The translations under genes were made by a program, and so were the position numbers. The notes under the pieces were generated by a model. The model made no database searches and was not told the origin of the DNA. It saw only the letters and a list, made by a program, of their open reading frames with translations. A stretch of 64,000 nucleotides of DNA. Source: a virus. Location of the stretch: positions 1-64,000 of the IMG/VR virus record IMGVR_UViG_3300009081_000001. One strand, given 5' to 3'. Shown here one piece after another: positions 50,895 to 59,818 of the stretch (position 1 is its first letter; every line of letters starts with the position of its first letter).

Positions 50895-52379
50895 ATGAGT
50901 AACGGCATCAAGGAACCGGGAACAGAATATGTGGTAGATGAGGACAAGCTACTCAAGATTAGCCACTATGACGAGCGCGACCTTGCGGCATTGCAAGCTA
51001 TCGGCAACTATGATTCTTTTCAGATCCTCGAAGCAGTCAATGAAGACTCCATTGCTTTCCGTAAGTGGTTTGTGGATATCACTGGCGACCTGGCAGCGGG
51101 CGTTATGCTCTCGCAGATCCACTACTGGCATGGCATCAGCAAACGGGATGGCAAGCCAAGGCTAAAGGTTGAGAAGGAAGGACACCTATGGCTATGCAAG
51201 TCAGACAATGAGTGGTGGAAAGAAGCAAGGTTGACTGAGAAGCAAGCCCGCCGGGCGCGAGAGATTCTAGAGAAGCAAGGGCTCATCATCTGCAAGCTGT
51301 GGCGATTCAGTAATGTCCCACGTATCCACATGAGAATCAACAAGCCAGTGTTTATGTCGGCGCTGAACGCTGCAATGTGTGAGAAATCCCGATTTGCCCT
51401 ACAGGGCAAATCAGACTTGCCGCAGGGGGCAAATCAGACTTGCCCTACAGGGCAAAACATTAACAGAGACTACTTAACAGAGACTACCATAGAAGATCCC
51501 CCCACGCCTGACGGCGATGGGGTACCCTTAAAGGAGGGACAGAATGGACAATCTGATCGGGTTTATGGAATCACAGCTAGAACTCAACTTGCAACTAGTC
51601 GAGGGAATGGCCGGCCTGAGTCGTCGCTTGCGTTCCCTGGAGAAGCAGATGGCGAAGAAGGAGGCAGAGAACCTACGATTGGCCCTCAAGCTGGTGGACC
51701 TGGAGAAGATGGTGAAGCTGCTGACAGAAGCGGGGGGCAGCATGGCGGTGGAGCTGGTAGTACTGGAGAGCAAGATAGACCAGGCGCGGAAGGCGGCGGA
51801 GGCATACTACGACGACGTGCTGAATATCACGGCGAACCTGGGAGTAGACCTGGCAACGGCGGAGCTGCAACTAGGCAGGCTAATGCTCAAGGTAGCAGAC
51901 CACCTGCAGGACAAGTAGGGGGCAACTCCGTAATCCACAATCTGCTTAGTGGCACACGAACAGAGGGAGACGACGAAGCCCGCCCCAAGTGGCAGATACC
52001 AGAGTCACCGGAGCAAGAGGCATTTCTGTCTGTGTGTAGTGCCAAGTGGTTCAAGCCTAAGCAGAAGAGTAACATCAAGGGGATACTCGCCGCCTTACGA
52101 GCCGGGGACATGGCCGGGGATGACGTGTACCAGAAGTGTGCCGAGGCTATAGCAGACAAGGGGAAACTGGAGAGTCCTTTGCCCCCCTTGCCCCGGTCCT
52201 GGTACGAGTGGCGAGAGGGACACGCCAAGGGCCACAGGTGGAGCGTGGATGGATTCGTTAATGCTCTGCTGGATAGGGACCGGCTGATGGAGCATTGCCA
52301 GTATCACTTAAAGACGAAGGGAGTAGTAACAAACGACTATGGCGCTGATCCTTGGTTAGAGAACCTACCGGGAGGATAG
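50895..52379 (+). CDS. Replication initiator (replisome organiser type)
   Basis: N-terminal winged helix (AGVMLSQIHYW...LTEKQARRAREILEKQGLI); internal iterons; directly upstream of DnaB. Confidence 0.75.
   Translation: MSNGIKEPGTEYVVDEDKLLKISHYDERDLAALQAIGNYDSFQILEAVNEDSIAFRKWFVDITGDLAAGVMLSQIHYWHGISKRDGKPRLKVEKEGHLWLCKSDNEWWKEARLTEKQARRAREILEKQGLIICKLWRFSNVPRIHMRINKPVFMSALNAAMCEKSRFALQGKSDLPQGANQTCPTGQNINRDYLTETTIEDPPTPDGDGVPLKEGQNGQSDRVYGITARTQLATSRGNGRPESSLAFPGEADGEEGGREPTIGPQAGGPGEDGEAADRSGGQHGGGAGSTGEQDRPGAEGGGGILRRRAEYHGEPGSRPGNGGAATRQANAQGSRPPAGQVGGNSVIHNLLSGTRTEGDDEARPKWQIPESPEQEAFLSVCSAKWFKPKQKSNIKGILAALRAGDMAGDDVYQKCAEAIADKGKLESPLPPLPRSWYEWREGHAKGHRWSVDGFVNALLDRDRLMEHCQYHLKTKGVVTNDYGADPWLENLPGG
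51391..51456. repeat. Three 23-bp-period palindromic iterons, probable replication origin
   Basis: TTGCCCTACAGGGCAAA / TTGCCGCAGGGGGCAAA / TTGCCCTACAGGGCAAA separated by TCAGAC. Confidence 0.75.
51544..51918 (+). CDS. Coiled-coil protein nested in another frame of the initiator gene
   Basis: AAGGAGGG RBS + ATG; natural amphipathic helical composition while the host frame is Gly-rich here. Confidence 0.65.
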   Translation: MDNLIGFMESQLELNLQLVEGMAGLSRRLRSLEKQMAKKEAENLRLALKLVDLEKMVKLLTEAGGSMAVELVVLESKIDQARKAAEAYYDDVLNITANLGVDLATAELQLGRLMLKVADHLQDK

Positions 52380-52383
52380 ACGT

Positions 52384-53853
52384 ATGACCAACGAAGTACT
52401 AATCAACTGCGAGGCCGAAGAGAGCGTGCTTGGGGCAATCCTGATTGACCGCGATGCAATCACCATCATTGCCACCATTCTGGAACCGTCAGACTTTGGG
52501 AAGAAGGAACATGGGATCATCTACGCGGCTATGCTCGACCTCTACAAGAGCAACACCGCGATTGATGTTGTGACCCTGGACGATGCGCTTGAGGGTAAGA
52601 ACCTCAAGCCGGTGGCGCGGTTCATCGACAGTGTGCCCACCTCTCTTCATGCAGAACATCATGCAAACATCGTCAAGCGTATGTCGGTAAGGCGTAGCCT
52701 GCACGATGCAGCACAGAAGATTGCGATGCTGGCACACAATGACAGCGAAGAGGATACCCACGGCCTACTCGCCAATGCCGAGAAGATCATCACCGAAGTA
52801 AGCCAGAAGACACCTACCCTTGTTACCACGGTCAAGAGCGAGACGGCACGGATATTTGACGGCATCTTTGACCCCAAGGAGATAGTGGGGGATCGTGTCT
52901 TTACCGGACTGCCCGGCCTGGACAGTGCTACCATCGGCATAGAGAACAGCCGCTTTTGGGTAGGGGCAGCGATTCCAGGCACCGGCAAGAGCGCAATGAC
53001 TGTCAACATCGTGCGTGGTGTAGCCAAGGTGAACAGGGACGTGGTGATCCTGTACTTCCATCCCGAGCAGAGCGCCGGGGAGATCACGAGTCTTCTACTC
53101 TCTTGTGGGACACCCAAGCCGGAGACGCCGAATCAGTACATTCCCCCGTTCCGTATCAAGGCATTGCAGATGAGTCAGGATCAGAAGGATGAGTACCTGA
53201 ACGCTGCAGCGTTCTTGCAGACCTCTACCGTGGGGCGCTATGCCAACGGCAAGGCAGAAGAGATGGCAAAGCGCAAGGAAGGGTATCTGAGCCAGGGATT
53301 GCAAGACTGGGAGATTGCAACACTCTCTGCAAGCCGCGCCGAGATAGAAGATAAGACCATCATCCTCAACGACCCGTCGGGCGAGACGATCCACAAGATC
53401 CGTGCCACCGTGCGCCGTGTCCGTGCCAGGATGCACCCTGATACGTTTCTGCTTGTCATCTTCGATGGGATGCACCTGATCCCCGGCAACGGAGAGGGCA
53501 GCAGACTGGCGGAGCTAATGACTGTCACCAGGACGTTCAAGCAGATGGCACAAAAGGACGTTAGCCCCGGCGCAGTCATGGTCAACCACCAGTTGGTCAA
53601 AGCGTTCTTCAACGAGAAGCAGAACAGGGTGTACCACAATGGTCTCTTGAGGGACAGTGGCACCATTGCCCAGGACGCCGATGTGATCTACTTCTTGGAC
53701 AGGCCCAGTGTATGGGAGAATGGCAAGACGGTAGGGACGTGGGATAACATGGATATGATCTGCACCAAGAATAGGCAGACCAGCACCGAGTTCCGTTCAT
53801 TCTTCCGTATGCACACGTCCACTATGAGGGTGGAAGGAAGGGACGTGATCTAA
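52384..53853 (+). CDS. dnaB: Replicative DNA helicase, DnaB-like
   Basis: EAEESVLGAILID N-domain; Walker A AIPGTGKS; LRDSGTIAQDADVI; KNRQ. Confidence 0.9.
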   Translation: MTNEVLINCEAEESVLGAILIDRDAITIIATILEPSDFGKKEHGIIYAAMLDLYKSNTAIDVVTLDDALEGKNLKPVARFIDSVPTSLHAEHHANIVKRMSVRRSLHDAAQKIAMLAHNDSEEDTHGLLANAEKIITEVSQKTPTLVTTVKSETARIFDGIFDPKEIVGDRVFTGLPGLDSATIGIENSRFWVGAAIPGTGKSAMTVNIVRGVAKVNRDVVILYFHPEQSAGEITSLLLSCGTPKPETPNQYIPPFRIKALQMSQDQKDEYLNAAAFLQTSTVGRYANGKAEEMAKRKEGYLSQGLQDWEIATLSASRAEIEDKTIILNDPSGETIHKIRATVRRVRARMHPDTFLLVIFDGMHLIPGNGEGSRLAELMTVTRTFKQMAQKDVSPGAVMVNHQLVKAFFNEKQNRVYHNGLLRDSGTIAQDADVIYFLDRPSVWENGKTVGTWDNMDMICTKNRQTSTEFRSFFRMHTSTMRVEGRDVI

Positions 53854-54406
53854 ATGGATATGGCAGAGCACTACCGCAGACTGTCAGAGGAAGCGAAACG
53901 GATAGGCAACATGAGGCTGTATATCAAGTACCGCAAGATGATGCTGGCAGAGCAGTACAAGCATCGTATTTCCGACGGAAATGGAGGGGAATGATGGGTG
54001 AGTGGAAGTGCGACAAGCACGGTTGGGTTAGCGGAGAGCAGTGCCCTGAATGTGAGACAGAAGAGTGGGAGCCAGCCCTTGCGTTTGCGAGGAAAGAGGA
54101 ACGGGAAAAGTGTGCCAAGGAGCTTGATGCCTTTGCTGCGGAACTGATGAAGCGGGCAGGCCGCACCGAGGATGAAAGGTGGCAGAATATGTTGAAAGTG
54201 ATAGCTACTACCTTTGAATGGGCAGCGCGAAAGATTAGGGGAGGGGAATGATGGACGCCATGAAGCATGAAGACAGAGCAAGAAGGGAAGCCCTGCAGCA
54301 TAGGGCCGATGTGTTGGAGGAAGAGTTGAAGCGCAAGAAGAAGGAAGCGAAGCAGCTCAAGGAAGTGATTGATGGGCTGCGCCAGAGAGCGAAGGGAGAA
54401 TAGAAC

Positions 54407-55309
54407 ATGGATCCGTTGACCAAAGCCTGCTCCGAATATGACGCCTACCTTAGAGAAGGTGGAGAGCCCGTTGATTTGAAAGCACTGGGCTTTAACACCG
54501 TGAGTCAGAGGACCAAGACGCGCAAGCTGCATCCCTCATCCTTGGGGCCTGGGTTGTGTGACAGGAAGGCTTGCTACAATGTCGCGTGTGACGTGGGAGA
54601 CATAGAGCGCGACATTCCTGAGACACCGGAAGACAACCTAGGGCATCGCATCGGGTTCATCTTCCAAGACTATGTAGCACAGACGTTGGCGTTCAAGGGT
54701 GCCCTCATCGACATGGAGATCCCCTTGGAAGACGAGTACTGGACGGGTAGGGCAGACCTGTTGGTGGATCCCTGTAAGCTGGACGTTACAGACTCTCGCC
54801 CTACAACCAAAGCACCTTGGTTGGTAGACGTGAAGACCGTGAAAGGCTACACGGTTGATGATAGGTATCCGAAGACCTATCACATTGCACAGCTTGAGCG
54901 GTATCGTTCCATGATGACACAGCCCACGGTGCCCATCCTCTTCTACGTGACGCGCATCGACTTCCAGACAGCCATGTTCTCATAGAAGTTTGACGGATAC
55001 GATTGTACCCTCTTGAGCGATGGCAAGCCTAGCAAGATATTCGACAACCTGAACTACGACATTGACGCCAGCGCAATGATGCAGGAGCGATGGTTGGTTG
55101 ACGGCACACTTCCTGATCGCTGCGCTGGCACACCCGACGGTCATTTCATGTGCGCCAGCTACCAGAAAGGTGGGCCAGACCGGGGCAAGTACAAGGTCAA
55201 CTGCCCGTTCTTTGCCAGGTGTTGGGAGCTGCCCTTGCCCGAGGGCCTGGTGTTCGACAAGGGTGCGTTCAGTAAAGATGACGACGACAACCAGTATCTT
55301 CCCTTTTAA
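54407..55309 (+). pseudogene. Cas4-like PD-(D/E)XK exonuclease interrupted by one in-frame TAG (54983-54985)
   Basis: LHPSSLG..LCDRK, GRAD, VDVKT, QLERY; the frame continues after TAG into a Cys cluster (C..C..CPFFARC). Confidence 0.65.
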
Positions 55310-56157
55310 GGAGGACGAATGACAGACATTGCCAAGCAGAAAGAATGGGTGGTACGGACAATCAAAGATGGCCAGGTGCAAATCTATGGCGAAATCTATG
55401 TACCAAGTCGCAAACACCAGGAGTATGATGGTCGTCTCGATGGAATGCGCTACGCCTTTGCAAGATACCGCAGTCCAAGGGAAAGGGTCACTATTTGGGA
55501 GCCCTTTATTGCACTATGGGGTACAGAAAAGAGATACCGCGCTTTGGGCAAGGAAGAAATCGAGTACGGTCCAGAGTGCGTTGACGGTTTCTTTCCGTGG
55601 GAATGGTGGTATCGGCTGGACATAGCACATTCCAAAAAGGAGGCTCTACCATGAATAACCTTGTGCTCAATCAGGTGCAGGCGTTGCATACCCTTATCGA
55701 GCAGAACTACCGCAATGACTCATGGTGTGTGCTACCCTGTAAGGGAGAGAAAGCCATGATGAAGCTGCAAATCCACCTGTCAGACGTGTTCCCTAGCACC
55801 AAGGCCGGTAGGGAGAACCGGCTGGATACACTGGTTGCAATCCTGCCTCTCTTGAATCCAGGTAAGAAGCCCATCGACCTGGATAGCACCAATCGTCTGT
55901 GGATCGCAGAGATTTACGCCATGCTTACGTGGCTCGATGCGAATGGCAAGGCCAAGGAGGTACTACGCATCGTGAGCCTGGACCCGCAGGGGTATGCCGT
56001 GCAGTTAAGGAAGCTGTTGGGTTACATTGAAAGACCGGGAGGTAACTACTATGTGCCCGAGACGGAACCGGCGTATGTGGGAGATGGATGGTGGGCCTCG
56101 CAAGAGGGGGCACACGAACGGGAACGGCAAGAGAGTTATCTACCGCCCTTCTAAGAA

Positions 56158-56556
56158 GTGTATTGCAGGGCTGGAAAGGTGGGAACAGTGGGCAAGACGG
56201 ACATTCGTGCAGCAAGGTACTCGCTCAAGATAAAGCAAGCCCGCTGCCCTATCCCTGGCTGTTGGCGGGTGCCTACGGATGCACACCATACCCTTATCCG
56301 TAGGCATCCCGACCATCCTAGACTGTGGTGTAGGGAGAACATCACATTGGTCTGTCACTACCACCACGTACCAGAGTGTGAAGACCTGGGATACTGGTGT
56401 GTGAGGTACAAACTTGAAGTAGAGGCAATGGAGCCCCGCGACATAGAAGTATGGGTAGAGAGCCTGGGGGAGCTATTCAAGGTTCCCCCGACTCTCCCCC
56501 CATTCTATCACCGGGCTGTTGCCGATGTATTTCCGTCGGAAATGGAGGATGAATGA
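56158..56556 (+). CDS. HNH endonuclease-like protein
   Basis: CPIPGC..DAHH..ENITLVCHYHH; true start may be downstream. Confidence 0.65.
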   Translation: MYCRAGKVGTVGKTDIRAARYSLKIKQARCPIPGCWRVPTDAHHTLIRRHPDHPRLWCRENITLVCHYHHVPECEDLGYWCVRYKLEVEAMEPRDIEVWVESLGELFKVPPTLPPFYHRAVADVFPSEMEDE

Positions 56557-57564
56557 AGAAGCAAACCAAGGACACCATCAGGCAGAAGTTGGATGACGCT
56601 GCCCGCTATGCCAAGCAAGCCAAGATGGCAGTGCAACGGGTAGACCGTGCGTCATTCCAGGCATCCTTGAGGGGTGCAAGGTTCATGCTGGATGCAGCAG
56701 AGTACTACTTTAAGGAGGGAATGGAGGAGTAAATGGAAGTCAGGTGGGTATGGGACGGCTATCACTGGACAGCGATATTCTTTGAGGAAGGCAAGATCCA
56801 CACTCCAAGCCTTGTCCTACGAGAGCATGAACTTGTTGATGCTCTAAGGCAACTACAATACGATAAGGTATACTTCGAGAAACCTAGGAGCAAGAACGAT
56901 GAATGAACTAGTGCTTGAGGCAGAGAAGGGCTACCTTGGACCGGCAGTATCACCTAACCCTATGGTCAAGATACATGGACCGGGGCCAGAAGGGGCAACG
57001 TGTGGTGGGTGTGTATACCTGTTCCGCAAGAGGTACACCAGTCGTACCTATCTCAAGTGTAGTATGCGGGGTGGGCTCACCAGTGGAGCAGCGACAGACC
57101 AGCTTGCAGGATGGATGGCCTGTGGATTGTGGGAGGAAACAGACGATGAAGAACAAGATCAAGGATAGGTTGGAGGAACCGTGGGCAAAGAAACAGGTGG
57201 GACACACATTGGGGAATGTGCTATACTGGGTGCAGAACGGCTACCAGTTCACACAGGAGGACCGGACTTTGATAGAGCAGCTACATGGCTACTTGCAGGA
57301 GCCCTCTTGTTCAGCCTAATGGTCACTCTTGGCTACTTACTGCAACAGGAAGGGGAAAGCCTGTGGGTAACAACGCGGAGGGAGTAGCATTGCCAACAGT
57401 ACGCCAGTTGCCAGAGGAGGGGATAGCAGTCATCCGGTGGCAGGAGTGTAACAGACAGACTAGGATGGCGCTTAACTGGATGCAAGCATGTGCTCTTTTT
57501 GAGGGCACAACGGTCTACGAGTGGATAGATAGGAAGGGACACCTATGAATCACGAATCTGAAAC

Positions 57565-57593
57565 TTGACAAGGATTCTGAACTATAGTATACT
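57565..57593 (+). promoter_or_regulatory. Dedicated promoter of the RAMP-like operon
   Basis: TTGACA-17-TATACT, then AGGAGG RBS before 57628. Confidence 0.8.
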
Positions 57594-57627
57594 GTTCACG
57601 TTCGCAATATAATAGGAGGGAACGAAA

Positions 57628-58248
57628 ATGGTACAAAAGAAATCGGAAGTTGTGGAAGTACCGGCACTCAGAATTGAGTTACTGTCAGTTACCTTGGTAG
57701 GGGATTCCCCGCTCATCTGTCACCGCTTCTCCAAGAAGGCGAAAAACCAAATCCTTGCCAGTCAGGGTAAGCGCGTGAAGACACGCGAGGCAAGGGATCC
57801 AGAGGGGGAAGGTATGGACGCTGCCTATACTCTGCCCGTCCCTGGAGCCTATGGGTTCCCCGCATCTGCTTTCAAGCAGGCTGCTGTCAGGGCGGCAAAG
57901 CAAGTGCCCGGCATGACAATGGTGGATACACAGGGATACTTCTTTATCAAGGCGGCAACGCCCGATGATGCAGAGCAGCTTGTCGGCCCCCTGCGCTACA
58001 GCGAAATGCAGATCAACGAGGATGCAGTTCGTCTCGCTGGCCCTGGTAGGCCGGTAGACCTGCGCTTTCGCCCCTACTTCCTTAACTGGGAAGTTGACCT
58101 TGAGATCGAGTACAATGCCAGCCTTGTCAGCCCAGAGCAGATCGTCTTTCTTCTGGACTCGGCAGGGTTTGGCGTGGGTGTGGGTGAGTGGAGGCCAGAG
58201 AAGGGCGGCAACTATGGTCGCTTCCACGTAAAGAAAGGGAATGAATAA
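57628..58248 (+). CDS. RAMP-fold (Cas7/Cas5/Cas6-superfamily-like) RNA-binding protein, stand-alone
   Basis: N-terminal strand VTLVGDSPLICH, YGFPASAFKQA (cf. RAMP IPGSSLKG), C-terminal Gly-rich loop AGFGVGVGEWRPEKGGNYGRF. Confidence 0.75.
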   Translation: MVQKKSEVVEVPALRIELLSVTLVGDSPLICHRFSKKAKNQILASQGKRVKTREARDPEGEGMDAAYTLPVPGAYGFPASAFKQAAVRAAKQVPGMTMVDTQGYFFIKAATPDDAEQLVGPLRYSEMQINEDAVRLAGPGRPVDLRFRPYFLNWEVDLEIEYNASLVSPEQIVFLLDSAGFGVGVGEWRPEKGGNYGRFHVKKGNE

Positions 58249-58250
58249 CT

Positions 58251-58808
58251 ATGTGGATGCCCGTCGAAGAGAGTGGTCGCTGTATCTACAGGTGCAAACC
58301 TGGCAGTCCTGTACCAGATGCACGAGCGCAAGAGATTGGAGAGTACATTGCTGACCTGGAAGAGAACAGCGGCATTACTCCTCATATCTTGCTCCAGGAT
58401 GCTACTAACCCCGAGTCCAAGCTACACGAGTTCTTTGAGTGGGACGATAAGAAGGCTGGCTACCACTGGCGTCTGCAGCAGGCGCGGCAGATCATCAATC
58501 ACTTTGAGATCGTCGTGGTCAATACCCGCGAGGAAGAAGAGACAAGGGTACGCGCCTGGCACAGTATCAACATCCGGGTTCAACCCCCCAAAGGACAGGA
58601 GTTTCACACGGAGACTGACAACGGGGAGCCCGAAATGCAACGGGTGTACGTCAACGCTATTCAGGCCCTCTCAGTAGAAGACACACGCAAGCAGGTTGTA
58701 GCCAACGCCCTCAGAGAATTGAACGGCTGGCGTCATCGCTATCAGACATACGACGAGTTCAATCCTATCTTCACCGGGATTGAGCAGCTTAGTCTTGCCG
58801 AGGCATAG
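58251..58808 (+). CDS. Accessory protein coupled to the RAMP-like gene
   Basis: Starts 2 nt after the RAMP stop; helical ITP..LL..A..PESKLHEFFEWDD..A...RLQQARQII. Confidence 0.7.
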   Translation: MWMPVEESGRCIYRCKPGSPVPDARAQEIGEYIADLEENSGITPHILLQDATNPESKLHEFFEWDDKKAGYHWRLQQARQIINHFEIVVVNTREEEETRVRAWHSINIRVQPPKGQEFHTETDNGEPEMQRVYVNAIQALSVEDTRKQVVANALRELNGWRHRYQTYDEFNPIFTGIEQLSLAEA

Positions 58809-59179
58809 GCAGGCAAGGCGAGGCGTAGCGGGGCTTGTTGAGGCTTGGTGGGGTTAGGCACGGCGCGGTGTGGCAAGGCAGTCTCGGCTAGGCGTGGCGT
58901 GGCCTGGCCCGGCCCGGCGCGGTGTGGCAGGCAAGGTATGGCAAGGCGGTGCAGGGTGTGACAAGGCCAGGCGAGGCTAGGCAGGCGAGGACCGGCGGGG
59001 CTTGTCACGGTGGGGCACGGCACGGCGGGGCAGGCAAGGTATGTCATGGCGGGGCAGGCGTGGCGATGTGTGGCGAGGCGAGGCGAGGCGCGGCGCGGCT
59101 GGGCGAGGTTCGGCGGGCGCGGCCTGGATTGGCGAGGCGGGGCACGTTCTGGCTAGGCTTGGTGGGGCAGGCAAGGTTT
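58808..59179 (+). ncRNA. GGY-NN pentamer array (68 pentamers, 8 GGCR tetramer punctuators), candidate guide RNA precursor
   Basis: 57 of 68 pentamers start with GGC/GGT and the other 11 differ by one base; the last two bases vary freely; begins at the stop codon of the accessory gene. Confidence 0.85.
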
Positions 59180-59221
59180 CATTTCCGTCGGAAATAGAAA
59201 ACTACAAGAAGGAGAAAGAGA

Positions 59222-59791
59222 ATGCCTAAGCAGTATACGGTTTACTGGACCAATTACTGGACCAACGAGTACATGATACCTCTCAGCTTTGCTGCAGAGT
59301 CAATGAGATACGACCCCGAGCAAAAAGCCTACGAGTTCAAGACAGATGTTGGGGGGTTCCTCATCCCCAAGCAGCAAGTCCTCTATGTAGAGTGCGGCAA
59401 GCACGTCGGCCCGGCGCAAGCCTTGATAGAAGCAGGAAAGAGGGCCGCTCAGAAGAGGGGCAAGAACATAGCCATGACAGAGATTGATATAGACGAACTG
59501 CTGTCTACCCTGCCACCGGGTGAGGATGATGAATGGGACGTAGCGTTCACGGAGGATGATATAAACGAGGCCAAGCGTAACAGGCTCTTTGGCCCTACAA
59601 CAACTCAGAAGAGAGAGCTGGTAATGGCGGCACTCGCGATCCGAGATGCAATCGAGGAATGGGGCTGTGTAAAAGCTCTTGCTTGCGATGACGATGAAAG
59701 CACATGGCGAGACTCCCTACCGGAAACCATAATGGCTGCCTATGATAAACTAGACGCTGCACTCTCTCCACTCTATGGCGACCCACTGTAG
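59222..59791 (+). CDS. Hypothetical protein
   Basis: AAGGAG RBS; 189 aa; flanked on both sides by the 15-bp palindrome. Confidence 0.6.
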   Translation: MPKQYTVYWTNYWTNEYMIPLSFAAESMRYDPEQKAYEFKTDVGGFLIPKQQVLYVECGKHVGPAQALIEAGKRAAQKRGKNIAMTEIDIDELLSTLPPGEDDEWDVAFTEDDINEAKRNRLFGPTTTQKRELVMAALAIRDAIEEWGCVKALACDDDESTWRDSLPETIMAAYDKLDAALSPLYGDPL

Positions 59792-59818
59792 TCTATTTCC
59801 GTCGGAAATGAGGACTGA

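Noticed and set aside
54983-54985. Genome-wide TAG recoding
   Set aside because: Many genes end cleanly in TAG (SSB, TOPRIM protein, initiator) and gene density is normal under the standard code
58930-58979. Ungapped NN concatenation of segment 3 gives AAATAAGGAGGTAACAGATA, containing a Shine-Dalgarno sequence
   Set aside because: Seen in one of seven segments only; kept as a gap-0 control rather than a claim
58808-59179. Classical CRISPR array, simple microsatellite or G-quadruplex
   Set aside because: No long identical repeats with spacers; positions 4-5 are diverse rather than homogenised; G-quadruplex formation would not explain the conserved pyrimidine or the strict phase
58742-59229. 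ORFs across the GGYNN array (58742-59047, 58922-59197, 58977-59174, 59002-59229)
   Set aside because: Arg/Gly/Ala/Pro low-complexity products of a stop-poor repeat whose 5-nt period conflicts with codons; no convincing RBS
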